DNA from: Candidatus Sulfomarinibacteraceae bacterium
Lineage (GTDB): Bacteria > Acidobacteriota > Thermoanaerobaculia > Thermoanaerobaculales > Sulfomarinibacteraceae
Direction: 5' to 3'
DNA: 64,000 nt
NCBI GenBank assembly: GCA_963796455.1
Contig: CAWCLO010000004.1
Location: 1,184,001-1,248,000, forward strand
In this document: positions 8,688 through 17,661 of the stretch, piece after piece
Layout: the number at the start of each line of letters is the position of its first letter
Numbering within the stretch: the first letter of the stretch is position 1
The notes under the pieces: generated by a model
What the model saw: only the letters and a program-made list of their open reading frames with translations
What the model was told of the DNA's origin: nothing
Database searches by the model: none
Made by a program: the position numbers and the translations under genes

Positions 8688-9188
8688 ATGAGGGAATTGA
8701 AATGCGGTCGGTTTGTATTGTTATTTGCCGTGATCGTTGCCACTGCCTGTGGTGGCGCCGGGACCGCAGACTCCAAATTGGTCGCGCAGGAGGCGCCGCA
8801 ACCGGAACAACCTGTGGATCATTCGGATCCGGCAGCTACTGCGTCATTGCCGGCCGAACTGTTGGGGCGTTGGAAGCTGGTGGCCATTGATGGTGAAGCA
8901 ATTGCCGAGGTCGGCACGACCCCGTTTGTCCTTTTTGCCGAGGACGGCACCGTCGGCGGTGTCGGCGGCATCAATCGATTCAACACCAAGGTGACCGTCG
9001 CCGAAGGCAAGCTGTCTTTCAGCCCTGCCGCAATGACGAAAATGGCCGGTCCGCCGGAGGCCATGGATCTCGAAGACACCTTCATGAACCGACTCATGTC
9101 AGCCTCCTCGTATGCAGTCGACGGTGACAACCTCCTCATGTGGGCCGGCGACAACGAGGCGCTAAAATTCGCGCGCAATACGCCTTGA
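8688..9188 (+). CDS. META/HslJ domain lipoprotein
   Basis: Lipobox VATAC; WKLVAIDG...GVGGINRF...AMTKMAGPPEAMDLE. Confidence 0.85.
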   Translation: MRELKCGRFVLLFAVIVATACGGAGTADSKLVAQEAPQPEQPVDHSDPAATASLPAELLGRWKLVAIDGEAIAEVGTTPFVLFAEDGTVGGVGGINRFNTKVTVAEGKLSFSPAAMTKMAGPPEAMDLEDTFMNRLMSASSYAVDGDNLLMWAGDNEALKFARNTP

Positions 9189-9898
9189 TTCACCGGCAGA
9201 TTCCGGCTGCGAGGCTGTGCTGCTTATTCTGGCTGGCCGGTATTGCGGCGACAGCCGCCGGCCACGCCGTTCCCGAGCCTCTCGGAAAACTCCCGGCAAC
9301 CTTCGAGGGCGAGCTTCCCTGCGCCGACTGTCCGGGCATCTTCTATCACCTGGATCTGCTCCCCAATGACGTGGTCTTTCTCCGAAAAACCTTTCTCGGC
9401 CGTGGAACGGGCGCCATCCGTGACCAGCTCGGATCGTGGCGCGCCACCGGCGGCACCATTCACATCGCGCTTGCGGGCGACGGACCATCCGACTTCCTCA
9501 TCAAGGATCGAGACACACTGATGGTGCTGGATGGCACCGGCCCGAACATCGAAGCCTCCCTCGGCCACGATCTTCGACGCAGAGATTTCATGGGAACCAT
9601 CACGCCCCGGCTGGCGATCCGCGGCATCTTTGACCGGCGCGGCGAGGGTTGGTTGATCGACCAGTGTTCCTCGAAGCTGAGCTTCAACGTTTCTTCCGGT
9701 CGATATCTCGAAGACCTGCAGCGGGCCCTTACTGATTCCCAGCCGCACATCGGATCAGGGCTTCTGATCGAGATCGAGGGCGCCATCTCCTACCAATTGC
9801 AGCCGAAAAATGGCGGTGCAATGCTCACCATACGCCCCGAGAAGATTATCGACATGTGGCCGGGCAAAGAGTGCCCGGCCGAGACCATGCAGGACTGA
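9185..9898 (+). CDS. NlpE/CutF-like periplasmic protein
   Basis: FEGELPCADCPGIFYHLDL is the NlpE N-terminal motif. Start codon uncertain (TTG 9185). Confidence 0.75.
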   Translation: MIHRQIPAARLCCLFWLAGIAATAAGHAVPEPLGKLPATFEGELPCADCPGIFYHLDLLPNDVVFLRKTFLGRGTGAIRDQLGSWRATGGTIHIALAGDGPSDFLIKDRDTLMVLDGTGPNIEASLGHDLRRRDFMGTITPRLAIRGIFDRRGEGWLIDQCSSKLSFNVSSGRYLEDLQRALTDSQPHIGSGLLIEIEGAISYQLQPKNGGAMLTIRPEKIIDMWPGKECPAETMQD

Positions 9899-9915
9899 TT
9901 GGATATCATGCCGTC

Positions 9916-10428
9916 ATGGAAAACTCACTGAGCTCACCGGACCCGACAACCGTCCTTCGTTTTGCAACCGAAGATGACACCGCGCAAATCCTCGACTTCA
10001 TCCGCCAGCTCGCGGTGTACGAGAAGATGGAAGACGAGGTGGTGGCGGATGAAAACCGCATCCGCGAAACACTCTTCGGTGAGCGCCGCTCCGCCGAGGT
10101 CGTCATCGCTTCACACGACGGCGAGCCCGCCGGTTTCGCGCTCTTCTTTCACAACTACTCGACCTTCCTCGGCCGCCCTGGCGTTTATCTCGAAGATCTT
10201 TTTGTCATACCGAAGCTGCGGGGGCGGGGTATCGGCAAGATCCTGCTCGCCACCCTCGCGCGGATCGCCGTAGAGCGCGGCTGCGGTCGACTCGAGTGGT
10301 CGGTCCTCGATTGGAATGAACCGGCGATTCGTTTCTACCGCCGCCTCGGTGCCAAACCGATGGATGGGTGGACGGTCTTTCGCGTCACAGGTGAGACACT
10401 CGAAGAACTTGCCGGTGGATCGAGCTGA
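9916..10428 (+). CDS. GNAT N-acetyltransferase (diamine acetyltransferase-like)
   Basis: FFHNYSTFLGRPGVYLEDLFV, RGRGIG and EWSVLDWNEPAIRFY. Confidence 0.92.
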   Translation: MENSLSSPDPTTVLRFATEDDTAQILDFIRQLAVYEKMEDEVVADENRIRETLFGERRSAEVVIASHDGEPAGFALFFHNYSTFLGRPGVYLEDLFVIPKLRGRGIGKILLATLARIAVERGCGRLEWSVLDWNEPAIRFYRRLGAKPMDGWTVFRVTGETLEELAGGSS

Positions 10429-10503
10429 TCGCCACTGTTGCTCGCGATCGACAGCGCACACAACGTCCCGGATCGAAAGCGATACCGAGCGCAATGGTCT
10501 TCT

Positions 10504-11058
10504 TCAGCTCCACACCACCACGACGAGGTAGACAATCGGAATCACCAACCCGGCGATCAGCAACCACCGCCCGCGCCCTCCGAGACCCTTCTTGCCCGTG
10601 ATGATGAATATCCCGGTGCACGCGAGCACCAGGAGTCCGACCGCATAGAGGTCGGCAAACCATGTCCAAAACCCCTTGCCATGGTTGAGATGGAGGTAGT
10701 TGACCTCGAAGAAGGCGAATCGGCGGCGTGCGTGTTCGTCGACGACCCGGCCTCCGGGCAGGCCCACAGTCAAGGTCCGTTGTTCGAGAAAGACCTTGAT
10801 CTGATCGGGCCCCATCCGGGCCACGGACCGCGGCTCATCAGAAATCTGCATCCTGTCCAGGACTTCGGATGCCACTTCCAGCCGGGCCCCATCCGGCAGC
10901 GAACCGATTTCGACCACTTCCCGACGGATGACGTAACTCGGGTTCCAGTCGTCGATGTGGTTGACCGCCACTCCTGAGATGGCGTAGATCACCGTCAGCC
11001 CGGCAAAGAAATAGCCGACATCGCGATGGGTCGCGATGATCAGCTTGCGCAGCTTCAT
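10504..11058 (-). CDS. PepSY-associated TM helix domain protein
   Basis: HRDVGYFFAGLTVIYAISGVAVNH, LHLNHG and WTWFADLYA. Confidence 0.82.
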   Translation of the reverse strand: MKLRKLIIATHRDVGYFFAGLTVIYAISGVAVNHIDDWNPSYVIRREVVEIGSLPDGARLEVASEVLDRMQISDEPRSVARMGPDQIKVFLEQRTLTVGLPGGRVVDEHARRRFAFFEVNYLHLNHGKGFWTWFADLYAVGLLVLACTGIFIITGKKGLGGRGRWLLIAGLVIPIVYLVVVVWS

Positions 11059-11065
11059 GAACTGC

Positions 11066-11566
11066 TCAGCCTTTGATGACTGCTCCGGTACCGCGAATCA
11101 TGTAGACGTATTCATCCACAACAGGTGCATCGCAACCAGCACCCTCGCCCTCGCCGGAACCGCCTTCCTTGTCGCAGCTCTCACCTTCTTCGTGCTGGTG
11201 CGCCGCCGCCTTGCGCGCTTCGATCTGCTCGGGTGTCAACTTGATGGCCTCGAAGACGCCCTGTGCCGAAGCTTCGTTCCCCATCGACTCGTAGGGAAAG
11301 ACGATCACGCCGTCCTCGACCTTGATGCGGACGCCGTTGCCGCTTTCGGGATCGGTGACCTGCATCCAGCATCCGCGCTTTTTGCAGACACCGGTGATCA
11401 CGCCGTCAATCCGCACATCCTTGCCGACGTAGTCGTTCGGGTTTTCGAGCAGGGTGTCGATTGCGACCGCTTTTTCGATCGTGACTCCATCGCCGTAGGA
11501 ATCACCGGCAAGCGCCGGGCCGGCTACCAGACCTACGAGGGCGATGAGAATGAGAAGTCGTTTCAT
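11066..11566 (-). CDS. Secreted DUF4920-like protein
   Basis: Signal peptide; VCKKRGCWM...VRIKVEDGVIVFP...YMIRGTG. Confidence 0.75.
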   Translation of the reverse strand: MKRLLILIALVGLVAGPALAGDSYGDGVTIEKAVAIDTLLENPNDYVGKDVRIDGVITGVCKKRGCWMQVTDPESGNGVRIKVEDGVIVFPYESMGNEASAQGVFEAIKLTPEQIEARKAAAHQHEEGESCDKEGGSGEGEGAGCDAPVVDEYVYMIRGTGAVIKG

Positions 11567-11626
11567 TTGAGTACCTCCGGTACGTTTTGGCTCCAGATGG
11601 CATCCTCTCTCCTAAGCTTTCTGGTG

Positions 11627-12316
11627 TCAAGCAAAGAGGTCGGATCGGGCCGAACGAAGTGAGAGCCACCGGTTGTCGGCGACGATCAGATGATCGTGGA
11701 CCGAGACACCGACAACTTGACCCCCCTTGACCATTCTTCGGGTGAGTTCCAGGTCGTCTCGGCTCGGCTCCAAATCGCCCGACGGGTGATTGTGGAAGAG
11801 GAGAACTCCTGCTGCACGATCATGCAGCGCGAGCCTGAAGAGCTCAGCGCCGTCAACCGGTGCCTGAGTTCGGGTACCGAGGCTGAGCTCATGGATGGCG
11901 AGAAAACGATGGCGTCCGTCAAGGCTCAGGAACCCGAAAACTTCTCGATGCTCGCGGCGCAGACGATGGACGAGATACGCCCCCGCAATCTCGGGTTGAT
12001 CGAGTCTTTCAGCAGTCTGAAGTTTGGCGGTGGCTATTCTCAAACCGATTTCGATGGCCGCCAGCAGAGATGCGGCCTTGGCGGGCCCAAATCCAGGCCG
12101 GTCGATCAACTCAGCGAGATCGAGGCGTGAAACTCCTGCCAGGCCCCCCGCATCGACAATCAATGCGTGTCCTTCGGCGACCGCTCCGTGCCCTCGCCGG
12201 CCGGTTCTCATCAGCACCGCCAGCAACTCCGCATCCGACAGAGATCGCGCGCCATATTCGAGCAGACGTTCACGGGGCCGTTGCGACGGCTCCATATCGC
12301 GAATGAACTGGGTCAT
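11627..12316 (-). CDS. radC: RadC/UPF0758 JAB-domain protein
   Basis: RPRERLL...LSDAELLA, HNHPSGDLEPSRDD and VHDHLIV. Confidence 0.93.
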   Translation of the reverse strand: MTQFIRDMEPSQRPRERLLEYGARSLSDAELLAVLMRTGRRGHGAVAEGHALIVDAGGLAGVSRLDLAELIDRPGFGPAKAASLLAAIEIGLRIATAKLQTAERLDQPEIAGAYLVHRLRREHREVFGFLSLDGRHRFLAIHELSLGTRTQAPVDGAELFRLALHDRAAGVLLFHNHPSGDLEPSRDDLELTRRMVKGGQVVGVSVHDHLIVADNRWLSLRSARSDLFA

Positions 12317-12489
12317 TGAATTCTCCCGGGAATTCGTTCCCGGCGTGGAAGGGATTGCGAGGATGATAGCACGCACAGAACCAGCGATTTCAGGCCCAAT
12401 ATCAGGAACGATAACGAGAACTACCCTCGACGCGGCTCAATCTTTGTGGTACAAAAACTTAGGAGAAACTCCTGCGATTGGGGGGCACG

Positions 12490-12894
12490 ATGAAGCAACG
12501 TCCACGGACCCGCGAAACAAGACAACGCAGAATCGTCTACGAGACAGTCAAAAACACTTACTCCCACCCCACCGCCGATTGGGTTTTCGAACAGGTTCGT
12601 CAAACCCTGCCCAAGGTTTCACTCGGAACGGTCTATCGAAACCTCAATGTCTTGAAAGATGAAGGTCGGGTTCGAGAGATACACGGCAATGATCGCCGTG
12701 CCCACTACGACGCCGATATTTCACCGCACGGACACTTCATCTGCGAAGAGTGCGATCAGATCATCGACGTTCGCGGTATCGAAAAGATCGACTGGCGTCC
12801 TCTGAAGGACCTTGTGGGCTGCGAAGTCACCGAACAGAAGGTCGTTTTCGGCGGTCGTTGTGCGGGCTGCCAGCAGGATTTGAAGCAGGCCTGA
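12490..12894 (+). CDS. Fur family transcriptional repressor (PerR-like)
   Basis: HPTAD, SLGTVYRNL, HGHFICEEC and C-terminal CxxC. Confidence 0.92.
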   Translation: MKQRPRTRETRQRRIVYETVKNTYSHPTADWVFEQVRQTLPKVSLGTVYRNLNVLKDEGRVREIHGNDRRAHYDADISPHGHFICEECDQIIDVRGIEKIDWRPLKDLVGCEVTEQKVVFGGRCAGCQQDLKQA

Positions 12895-13014
12895 CGACGA
12901 ACTCGGAGTAATGAGTTCGGAATTCGGAGTTCGGATTTCCAGAGGCTCGCAGGAGAGTCTTCAAACTATTGAATCGGTTGCGCTTATCTAAGTGGAATCT
13001 AATGTGTGAAAGGG

Positions 13015-13263
13015 CTATTCGGCGACGACTTCGGTGATCTCCGGCGCGTAGAGCTTGATTCGCTCCGCCACAAAATCAGACAGCGTCGATTGTGCCATCG
13101 CACATCCGCGACAGGCGCCGTGGAGACTGACGCGAACGATTCCGAGCTCGACACTCACAAGGTTGACATCGCCACCATCCGCCTGGATTGCGGGTCGAAC
13201 CTCCTCGATGGCAAATGCGACCCGATCCTCGACATTTCCTTGCGGCCAACTCGCCATATCCAC
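13015..13263 (-). CDS. NifU/Nfu-type Fe-S carrier domain protein
   Basis: VRPAIQADGGDV...LHGACRGC. Confidence 0.88.
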   Translation of the reverse strand: MDMASWPQGNVEDRVAFAIEEVRPAIQADGGDVNLVSVELGIVRVSLHGACRGCAMAQSTLSDFVAERIKLYAPEITEVVAE

Positions 13264-13409
13264 CCCATTCCTCCGTCAGAACGCTGCAACCAACAAAAGG
13301 TGGCGTATCATTCCCACATGAGTTCGCCATCCGAAATCGAGGAAATTCACCATCGCCGTCTCCAGTCGGCGAACCTTTCTCGCCGCACCTCCGTTTGTAG
13401 GGGTGAGTA

Positions 13410-13997
13410 ATGGATATGGCGGAACTCGAAACCACTGTCGAGCGCTGTCGCAAAGGCGACGAGGACGCATGGAGCGCGCTGGTGAGCACCACCTTGCGCC
13501 CTCTCTACCGTCTGTGCGCCAGTTACGCCCCTTCGGCGGCCGAGGCCGAGGAGCTGTGCCAGGAGGTGTACTTCAAACTGTGGGAGAACCTTCACCGCTA
13601 TAAGACGGGCTCCAATTTCATGGCCTGGGCATGGCGGGTGGCAAAAAACCTCATCATCGATTCCTACCGGCGAAGCCGCAGAGAACGTGAGGCGGCCTGG
13701 CTCGACCCGGAGATCATCAATCACCTGCCATCCTCCGATGATCCCCACGAGCAGACCGAACGGCGGCAGAGACTCCGGCTGATCGCCACCAGCCTGCAGC
13801 AGATTTCGGAAGAGCTTGCAACACTGGTCTTGATGCGCGATTTCGCCGGCATGTCCTACCAGGAAATCGCGGAGGCGACCGAGCTGCCGCTGGGAACCGT
13901 CAAGTCCCGTCTCAACCGGGCTCGTCTGGAGCTCGCCACATCCGTCCGCCGCCGCGTCCAGATTCGCGCCGTTCCGCCGGTCGAGGGACTTGCGTGA
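13410..13997 (+). CDS. ECF sigma-70 factor
   Basis: AEELCQEVY, WAWRVAKN and SYQEIAE...GTVKSRLNRAR. Confidence 0.93.
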   Translation: MDMAELETTVERCRKGDEDAWSALVSTTLRPLYRLCASYAPSAAEAEELCQEVYFKLWENLHRYKTGSNFMAWAWRVAKNLIIDSYRRSRREREAAWLDPEIINHLPSSDDPHEQTERRQRLRLIATSLQQISEELATLVLMRDFAGMSYQEIAEATELPLGTVKSRLNRARLELATSVRRRVQIRAVPPVEGLA

Positions 13998-14740
13998 TGG
14001 CAACGTGCACCGAGATCCGTGAGCTGTTCAGCCTCCACCTCGACGGCGAGCTGGAAGCACAGCAACAGGTGCTCATTCAAGACCATCTCGATGGATGTGA
14101 CGAGTGTCGTTCGCTCCTGGAGACGATGCAGGAGATCGTCGGCGCCGGGGCCATGATGGAGAGTCTGCAACCACCACAGGGCCTTGACGAGGACCTCTCG
14201 TCGTCGCCTTGTCGCCTGTGGCTCGGTCTGCTCTTTCAGGCCGTGGACCGCGAGATCTCACAGCACAACCTCGAGCGGCTCCTGACCCACCTCGAGTCGT
14301 GCGAGGGCTGCCGAACGGCGTGGCAGGATCTGACCCTGATCCATCAGGTCGGCGACGCGATGGTGCCGCCGCGGCATCTGCTGCAACAGTGCATCAAGGC
14401 CCGCGACAAACCCGTTGCTGCTCGTCCGCTGTTAAATCGTCGCCTTGCAACCGTCGCCGCCTACTTCCTGGCCGTGTTCACATCGCTGGTCGTCGGCAAC
14501 CCGGTCTCTCTCGCGCGCAGCGAGGCGGGGACCGCTGTCGGACGCGTCGCCGAACGGGTCAGCGAAGAAGTGACCGGTGTGGCCGAACAGGGACGCGGAG
14601 AGGTCCGCGTCATGGTCTGGCGCGCCTGGAAATGGGGCGAGCGCAAGGTCGAGGCCGTTCGAAATTTTGTCGCCAAAGACAACACCACCAATGACCCCGG
14701 GACCGAGACTCCCGCCACGACCGAAGGAGAAAGTTCATGA
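13994..14740 (+). CDS. Anti-sigma factor with two zf-HC2 (ZAS) motifs
   Basis: HLDGCDEC and HLESCEGC followed by one TM helix; overlaps the sigma stop codon. Confidence 0.85.
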   Translation: MMATCTEIRELFSLHLDGELEAQQQVLIQDHLDGCDECRSLLETMQEIVGAGAMMESLQPPQGLDEDLSSSPCRLWLGLLFQAVDREISQHNLERLLTHLESCEGCRTAWQDLTLIHQVGDAMVPPRHLLQQCIKARDKPVAARPLLNRRLATVAAYFLAVFTSLVVGNPVSLARSEAGTAVGRVAERVSEEVTGVAEQGRGEVRVMVWRAWKWGERKVEAVRNFVAKDNTTNDPGTETPATTEGESS

Positions 14741-15336
14741 ACGATACGCCCGAAATCGAAGATGTCGAGGTTCCGGAAAAACCGACTCCTCCAGCCCCAC
14801 CCGCTCCTGGGGAAGCCCCGCCGCCGCCTCCGGCCAAGGTTGTAGTCCCCACCTACGACCCCGGTCCGAGCCCGCCGAAGTCCCCTCCCCTGGCGGCCTT
14901 TCTCTCGGTGCTCTTTCCAGGAGTAGGTCACCTCTACACGTGGGCATACGAACGCGCCTTCATGATCTGGGCGACGATCGCGTTGTGTATCGCCCTGTTG
15001 ATTCAGGGTCTCTGGCCGTTTTCGTTTCTGATTGCTTTCGTGTATTTCTTCTCTATCTTTGACTCGTACCGGGAGGCGCAGTTCTTCAACATTCGCGCCG
15101 AAGGCGAGGAGCTTCCGAAGATCAAGGCCGATAGCAACGGTCGTTTGATGTTCGGCGTTTTTCTGGCGGTCGCGGCCGCCGTGGTTCTGGCCGACAAATT
15201 CAATCTGTTCGACATGGGCTGGTTGTACGACTGGTGGCCGGTTCCGGTCTTTCTCCTGGGTCTGTATTTCATCGCGGCGGCAATCTGGGATCGATTCAAG
15301 AGTAAACAACCGCGCGACGAGGACAACGAGTACTGA
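14737..15336 (+). CDS. Membrane protein (TM2-like plus LiaF/DUF5668-like), sigma operon accessory
   Basis: Pro-rich N-terminus, LAAFLSVLFPGVGHLY and WWPVPVFLLG. Confidence 0.7.
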   Translation: MNDTPEIEDVEVPEKPTPPAPPAPGEAPPPPPAKVVVPTYDPGPSPPKSPPLAAFLSVLFPGVGHLYTWAYERAFMIWATIALCIALLIQGLWPFSFLIAFVYFFSIFDSYREAQFFNIRAEGEELPKIKADSNGRLMFGVFLAVAAAVVLADKFNLFDMGWLYDWWPVPVFLLGLYFIAAAIWDRFKSKQPRDEDNEY

Positions 15337-15364
15337 CACGAACATCCACATCAACTGAATGAGC

Positions 15365-15395
15365 AGGGGGCGCGAGCTATCGCGCCCCCTTTTTT
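15365..15395 (+). terminator. Rho-independent terminator
   Basis: AGGGGGCGCGA-gcta-TCGCGCCCCCT followed by TTTTT. Confidence 0.88.
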
Positions 15396-15492
15396 GTTGC
15401 GTTCTATTAAAACGAGAATAATACGCAGTATAATAATCAATACGTTTCAATGCGCGAAAGTTCAATCAGTGCCAGCCAGAAAGGAAATGGCC

Positions 15493-16683
15493 ATGGAGAA
15501 TTTTGTGAATCGACCTGGTATTCCTCGACAAGACGTGGACAATCCACCCTCCAGACACGATCGGCTAGGCAACAATCGATTCGTCGCCGGCATTGCTGCA
15601 ACGGTCATGCTTCTGGCAACTCTGCCGGCCGGGGCACAGCTTGCCACCAAGGACCGGGGTGAAATGGCAAAACCGGTTCAGGTTCGGCTGAAAAGCATGA
15701 AGGCACCACGAATCGAGATCCGGGCCAAGGACGCCGTCGCACACACCTTCGTGCCTCGAAAGGCACCCACCAACGGGATGTTCGTCGAAAAATCGGCAAC
15801 CTTCGCCGTCACCTACATAGGCTTCTCCCCCGCCGCAGAGGCCGCATTCCAGTACGCGGTCGATATCTGGTCACAGCTCATAACTTCTGCAGTCACCATC
15901 AACATCAATGCGACGTGGGGCCCTCTTGGCGAAGGCGTCCTCGGTTCAGCCGGTGCCAATCAGTATTGGTATTACGGTCCGCAGCAATATATTTTTCCGG
16001 ACGCCCTGGTTGACGCCCTCGTCGGAGCCGACCAGGGGGGCGGGGCCGCAGATATCGTGGCTACGTTCAACAGCAACTTCGGCGATTGGTATCTCGGAAC
16101 CGACGGCAATCCGCCGGCCGGCAAATACGATCTTGTCAGCGTCGTCCTTCACGAAATCGGGCATGGGCTCGGATTCCTGGGTCTGCCCATAGTCGATGAC
16201 GGGGCAGATGACGCGGAATGCAACGGGACGGCAGGTATCGGGTGCTGGTTGGCGGGCCCGACGAACCCGGGTATTTTCGACATATTTACCGAGGACAACC
16301 TCGGTAATGCGCTTTTGAACCAGGGGCTTTTTCCTGACAACTCATTCCAGTTGGGCAACGTTCTTACCGGAATGAACGTCTTCTTTGACGGAACCGGCGC
16401 CAGGGCGGGCAACGGCGGGAACCCTCCGGAGCTCTACGCTCCCGGAACGTGGGACGGCGGATCGAGTTACGCTCACCTCGATGAAGCAGTGTTTCCGGCC
16501 GGGAATCCGAACTCACTGATGACGCCCTTTCTCGCTTCGGCGGAAGCGATCCACAACCCCGGTTTGATCACCCTCGGCATCTTCAGCGACATGGGGTGGA
16601 CCGTCGCCGATCCACCGATCTTCAGCGACGGATTTGAGTCAGGAGGCACCGGCAATTGGACCTCGACGGTCGGCGGATTGTGA
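15493..16683 (+). CDS. Secreted zinc metalloprotease-like protein with C-terminal IFSDGFESG tag
   Basis: Hydrophobic signal-like segment (FVAGIAATVMLLATLPAGA), VVLHEIGHGLGF, GSSYAHLDE and NSLMTP. Ends PPIFSDGFESGGTGNWTSTVGGL. Confidence 0.85.
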   Translation: MENFVNRPGIPRQDVDNPPSRHDRLGNNRFVAGIAATVMLLATLPAGAQLATKDRGEMAKPVQVRLKSMKAPRIEIRAKDAVAHTFVPRKAPTNGMFVEKSATFAVTYIGFSPAAEAAFQYAVDIWSQLITSAVTININATWGPLGEGVLGSAGANQYWYYGPQQYIFPDALVDALVGADQGGGAADIVATFNSNFGDWYLGTDGNPPAGKYDLVSVVLHEIGHGLGFLGLPIVDDGADDAECNGTAGIGCWLAGPTNPGIFDIFTEDNLGNALLNQGLFPDNSFQLGNVLTGMNVFFDGTGARAGNGGNPPELYAPGTWDGGSSYAHLDEAVFPAGNPNSLMTPFLASAEAIHNPGLITLGIFSDMGWTVADPPIFSDGFESGGTGNWTSTVGGL

Positions 16684-16857
16684 TCGGCGGGATCAGGATC
16701 TCGCCCCGACTGAACCGATATAACCACCTCGAATTTTCGAAAGGTCAAAAAATCCAAGGTTTCCCCGTTACCTCAGCGACGATTGCGCGTCCTGAAACCA
16801 GAAGCGGAATTGAATATTTGCGTTCCAACGATTGAACGACTCACAGGAGGCACCCAA

Positions 16858-17562
16858 ATGAAGCAAGTCGCGACCCTCGCAATCCTCGTCCTCGGCCTGG
16901 CGATGCTGCCGGCAGCAGCTGACGCCGCAAACTCGGTTACCGTAACTGAAGCTGCTGCAATGCAAGGTACTTATGGTCTCAACCTACACCTTGACGATCC
17001 CGCATCAACCGCCTCGACACAGGCCTATCTCTGGCTGGCCCGGACAAGGGCTTCAGCAACGAATCGACCCTCAATGGTTCGTTCTTCATCAATCCTCAGA
17101 ACATCACCGCCAGCCAGACCCTGGGCCAGAGCCACTTTCAGCTCATGCGTTTTCTACGAGCACTTCAACGATGCCAGCGGCGTCAAGCTGATTTTCTTCC
17201 TCCATCGCGACGAGGTCAGCGGCAATTGGTTCATCACCGTGTGGCACTACGACGATGTCTTCGGCAACTACGTTTTTACCGGCAACGGTTTCTTCGCTCT
17301 CTACGGGAACGCCCTCTTTGATGAAAACAAGATTGATTGGGAGTGGACCGCCGGCAATCCGGGAACCCTCACCATGTACCGGACCCTCTATGTCGACGGC
17401 GTTCCGGACGCCTCTGGCAAGATCCAGATGTTCACCGCACCGACCCCCGGAATGGCCACGGCCGGCATCAACAACGTGTTTGTCGGAATGCTCAATACTT
17501 TGAGCCACAACAACGGAACCGTGGGTGATCTCCACCTCGACGAGTTCGTTTTCACACGCTAA
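16858..17562 (+). CDS. Secreted beta-rich single-domain protein (putative catcher); two compensating indels at ~17033 and ~17152
   Basis: AGGAGG RBS and signal peptide MKQVATLAILVLGLAMLPAAADA. An alternative frame over ~17033-17152 reads AGPDKGFSNESTLNGSFFINPQNITASQTLGQSHFQLMRF. Ends GDLHLDEFVFTR. Confidence 0.75.
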   Translation: MKQVATLAILVLGLAMLPAAADAANSVTVTEAAAMQGTYGLNLHLDDPASTASTQAYLWLARTRASATNRPSMVRSSSILRTSPPARPWARATFSSCVFYEHFNDASGVKLIFFLHRDEVSGNWFITVWHYDDVFGNYVFTGNGFFALYGNALFDENKIDWEWTAGNPGTLTMYRTLYVDGVPDASGKIQMFTAPTPGMATAGINNVFVGMLNTLSHNNGTVGDLHLDEFVFTR

Positions 17563-17584
17563 GTACGACGATTTCAAACGTCAG

Positions 17585-17618
17585 GAACTCCCATGCAGTG
17601 CATGGGAGTTCTTTTTTT
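17585..17618 (+). terminator. Rho-independent terminator
   Basis: GAACTCCCATGCA-g-TGCATGGGAGTTC followed by TTTTTTT. Confidence 0.88.
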
Positions 17619-17661
17619 GACGACGCAGGCGTCGCTCGATGGGAGGCCGCCCCTCCCCCGC

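Noticed and set aside
11627..12316. RadC as a marker of a mobile or defence island
   Set aside because: It is the full-length chromosomal type in a housekeeping context with no mobility genes.
12400..12480. Fur/PerR box upstream of the regulator
   Set aside because: Only a weak partial match (GATAACGAGAA), with no convincing palindrome.
17033..17152. Programmed double frameshift in the putative catcher gene
   Set aside because: There is no slippery heptamer or stimulatory structure, and other indels in the window point to sequence error.
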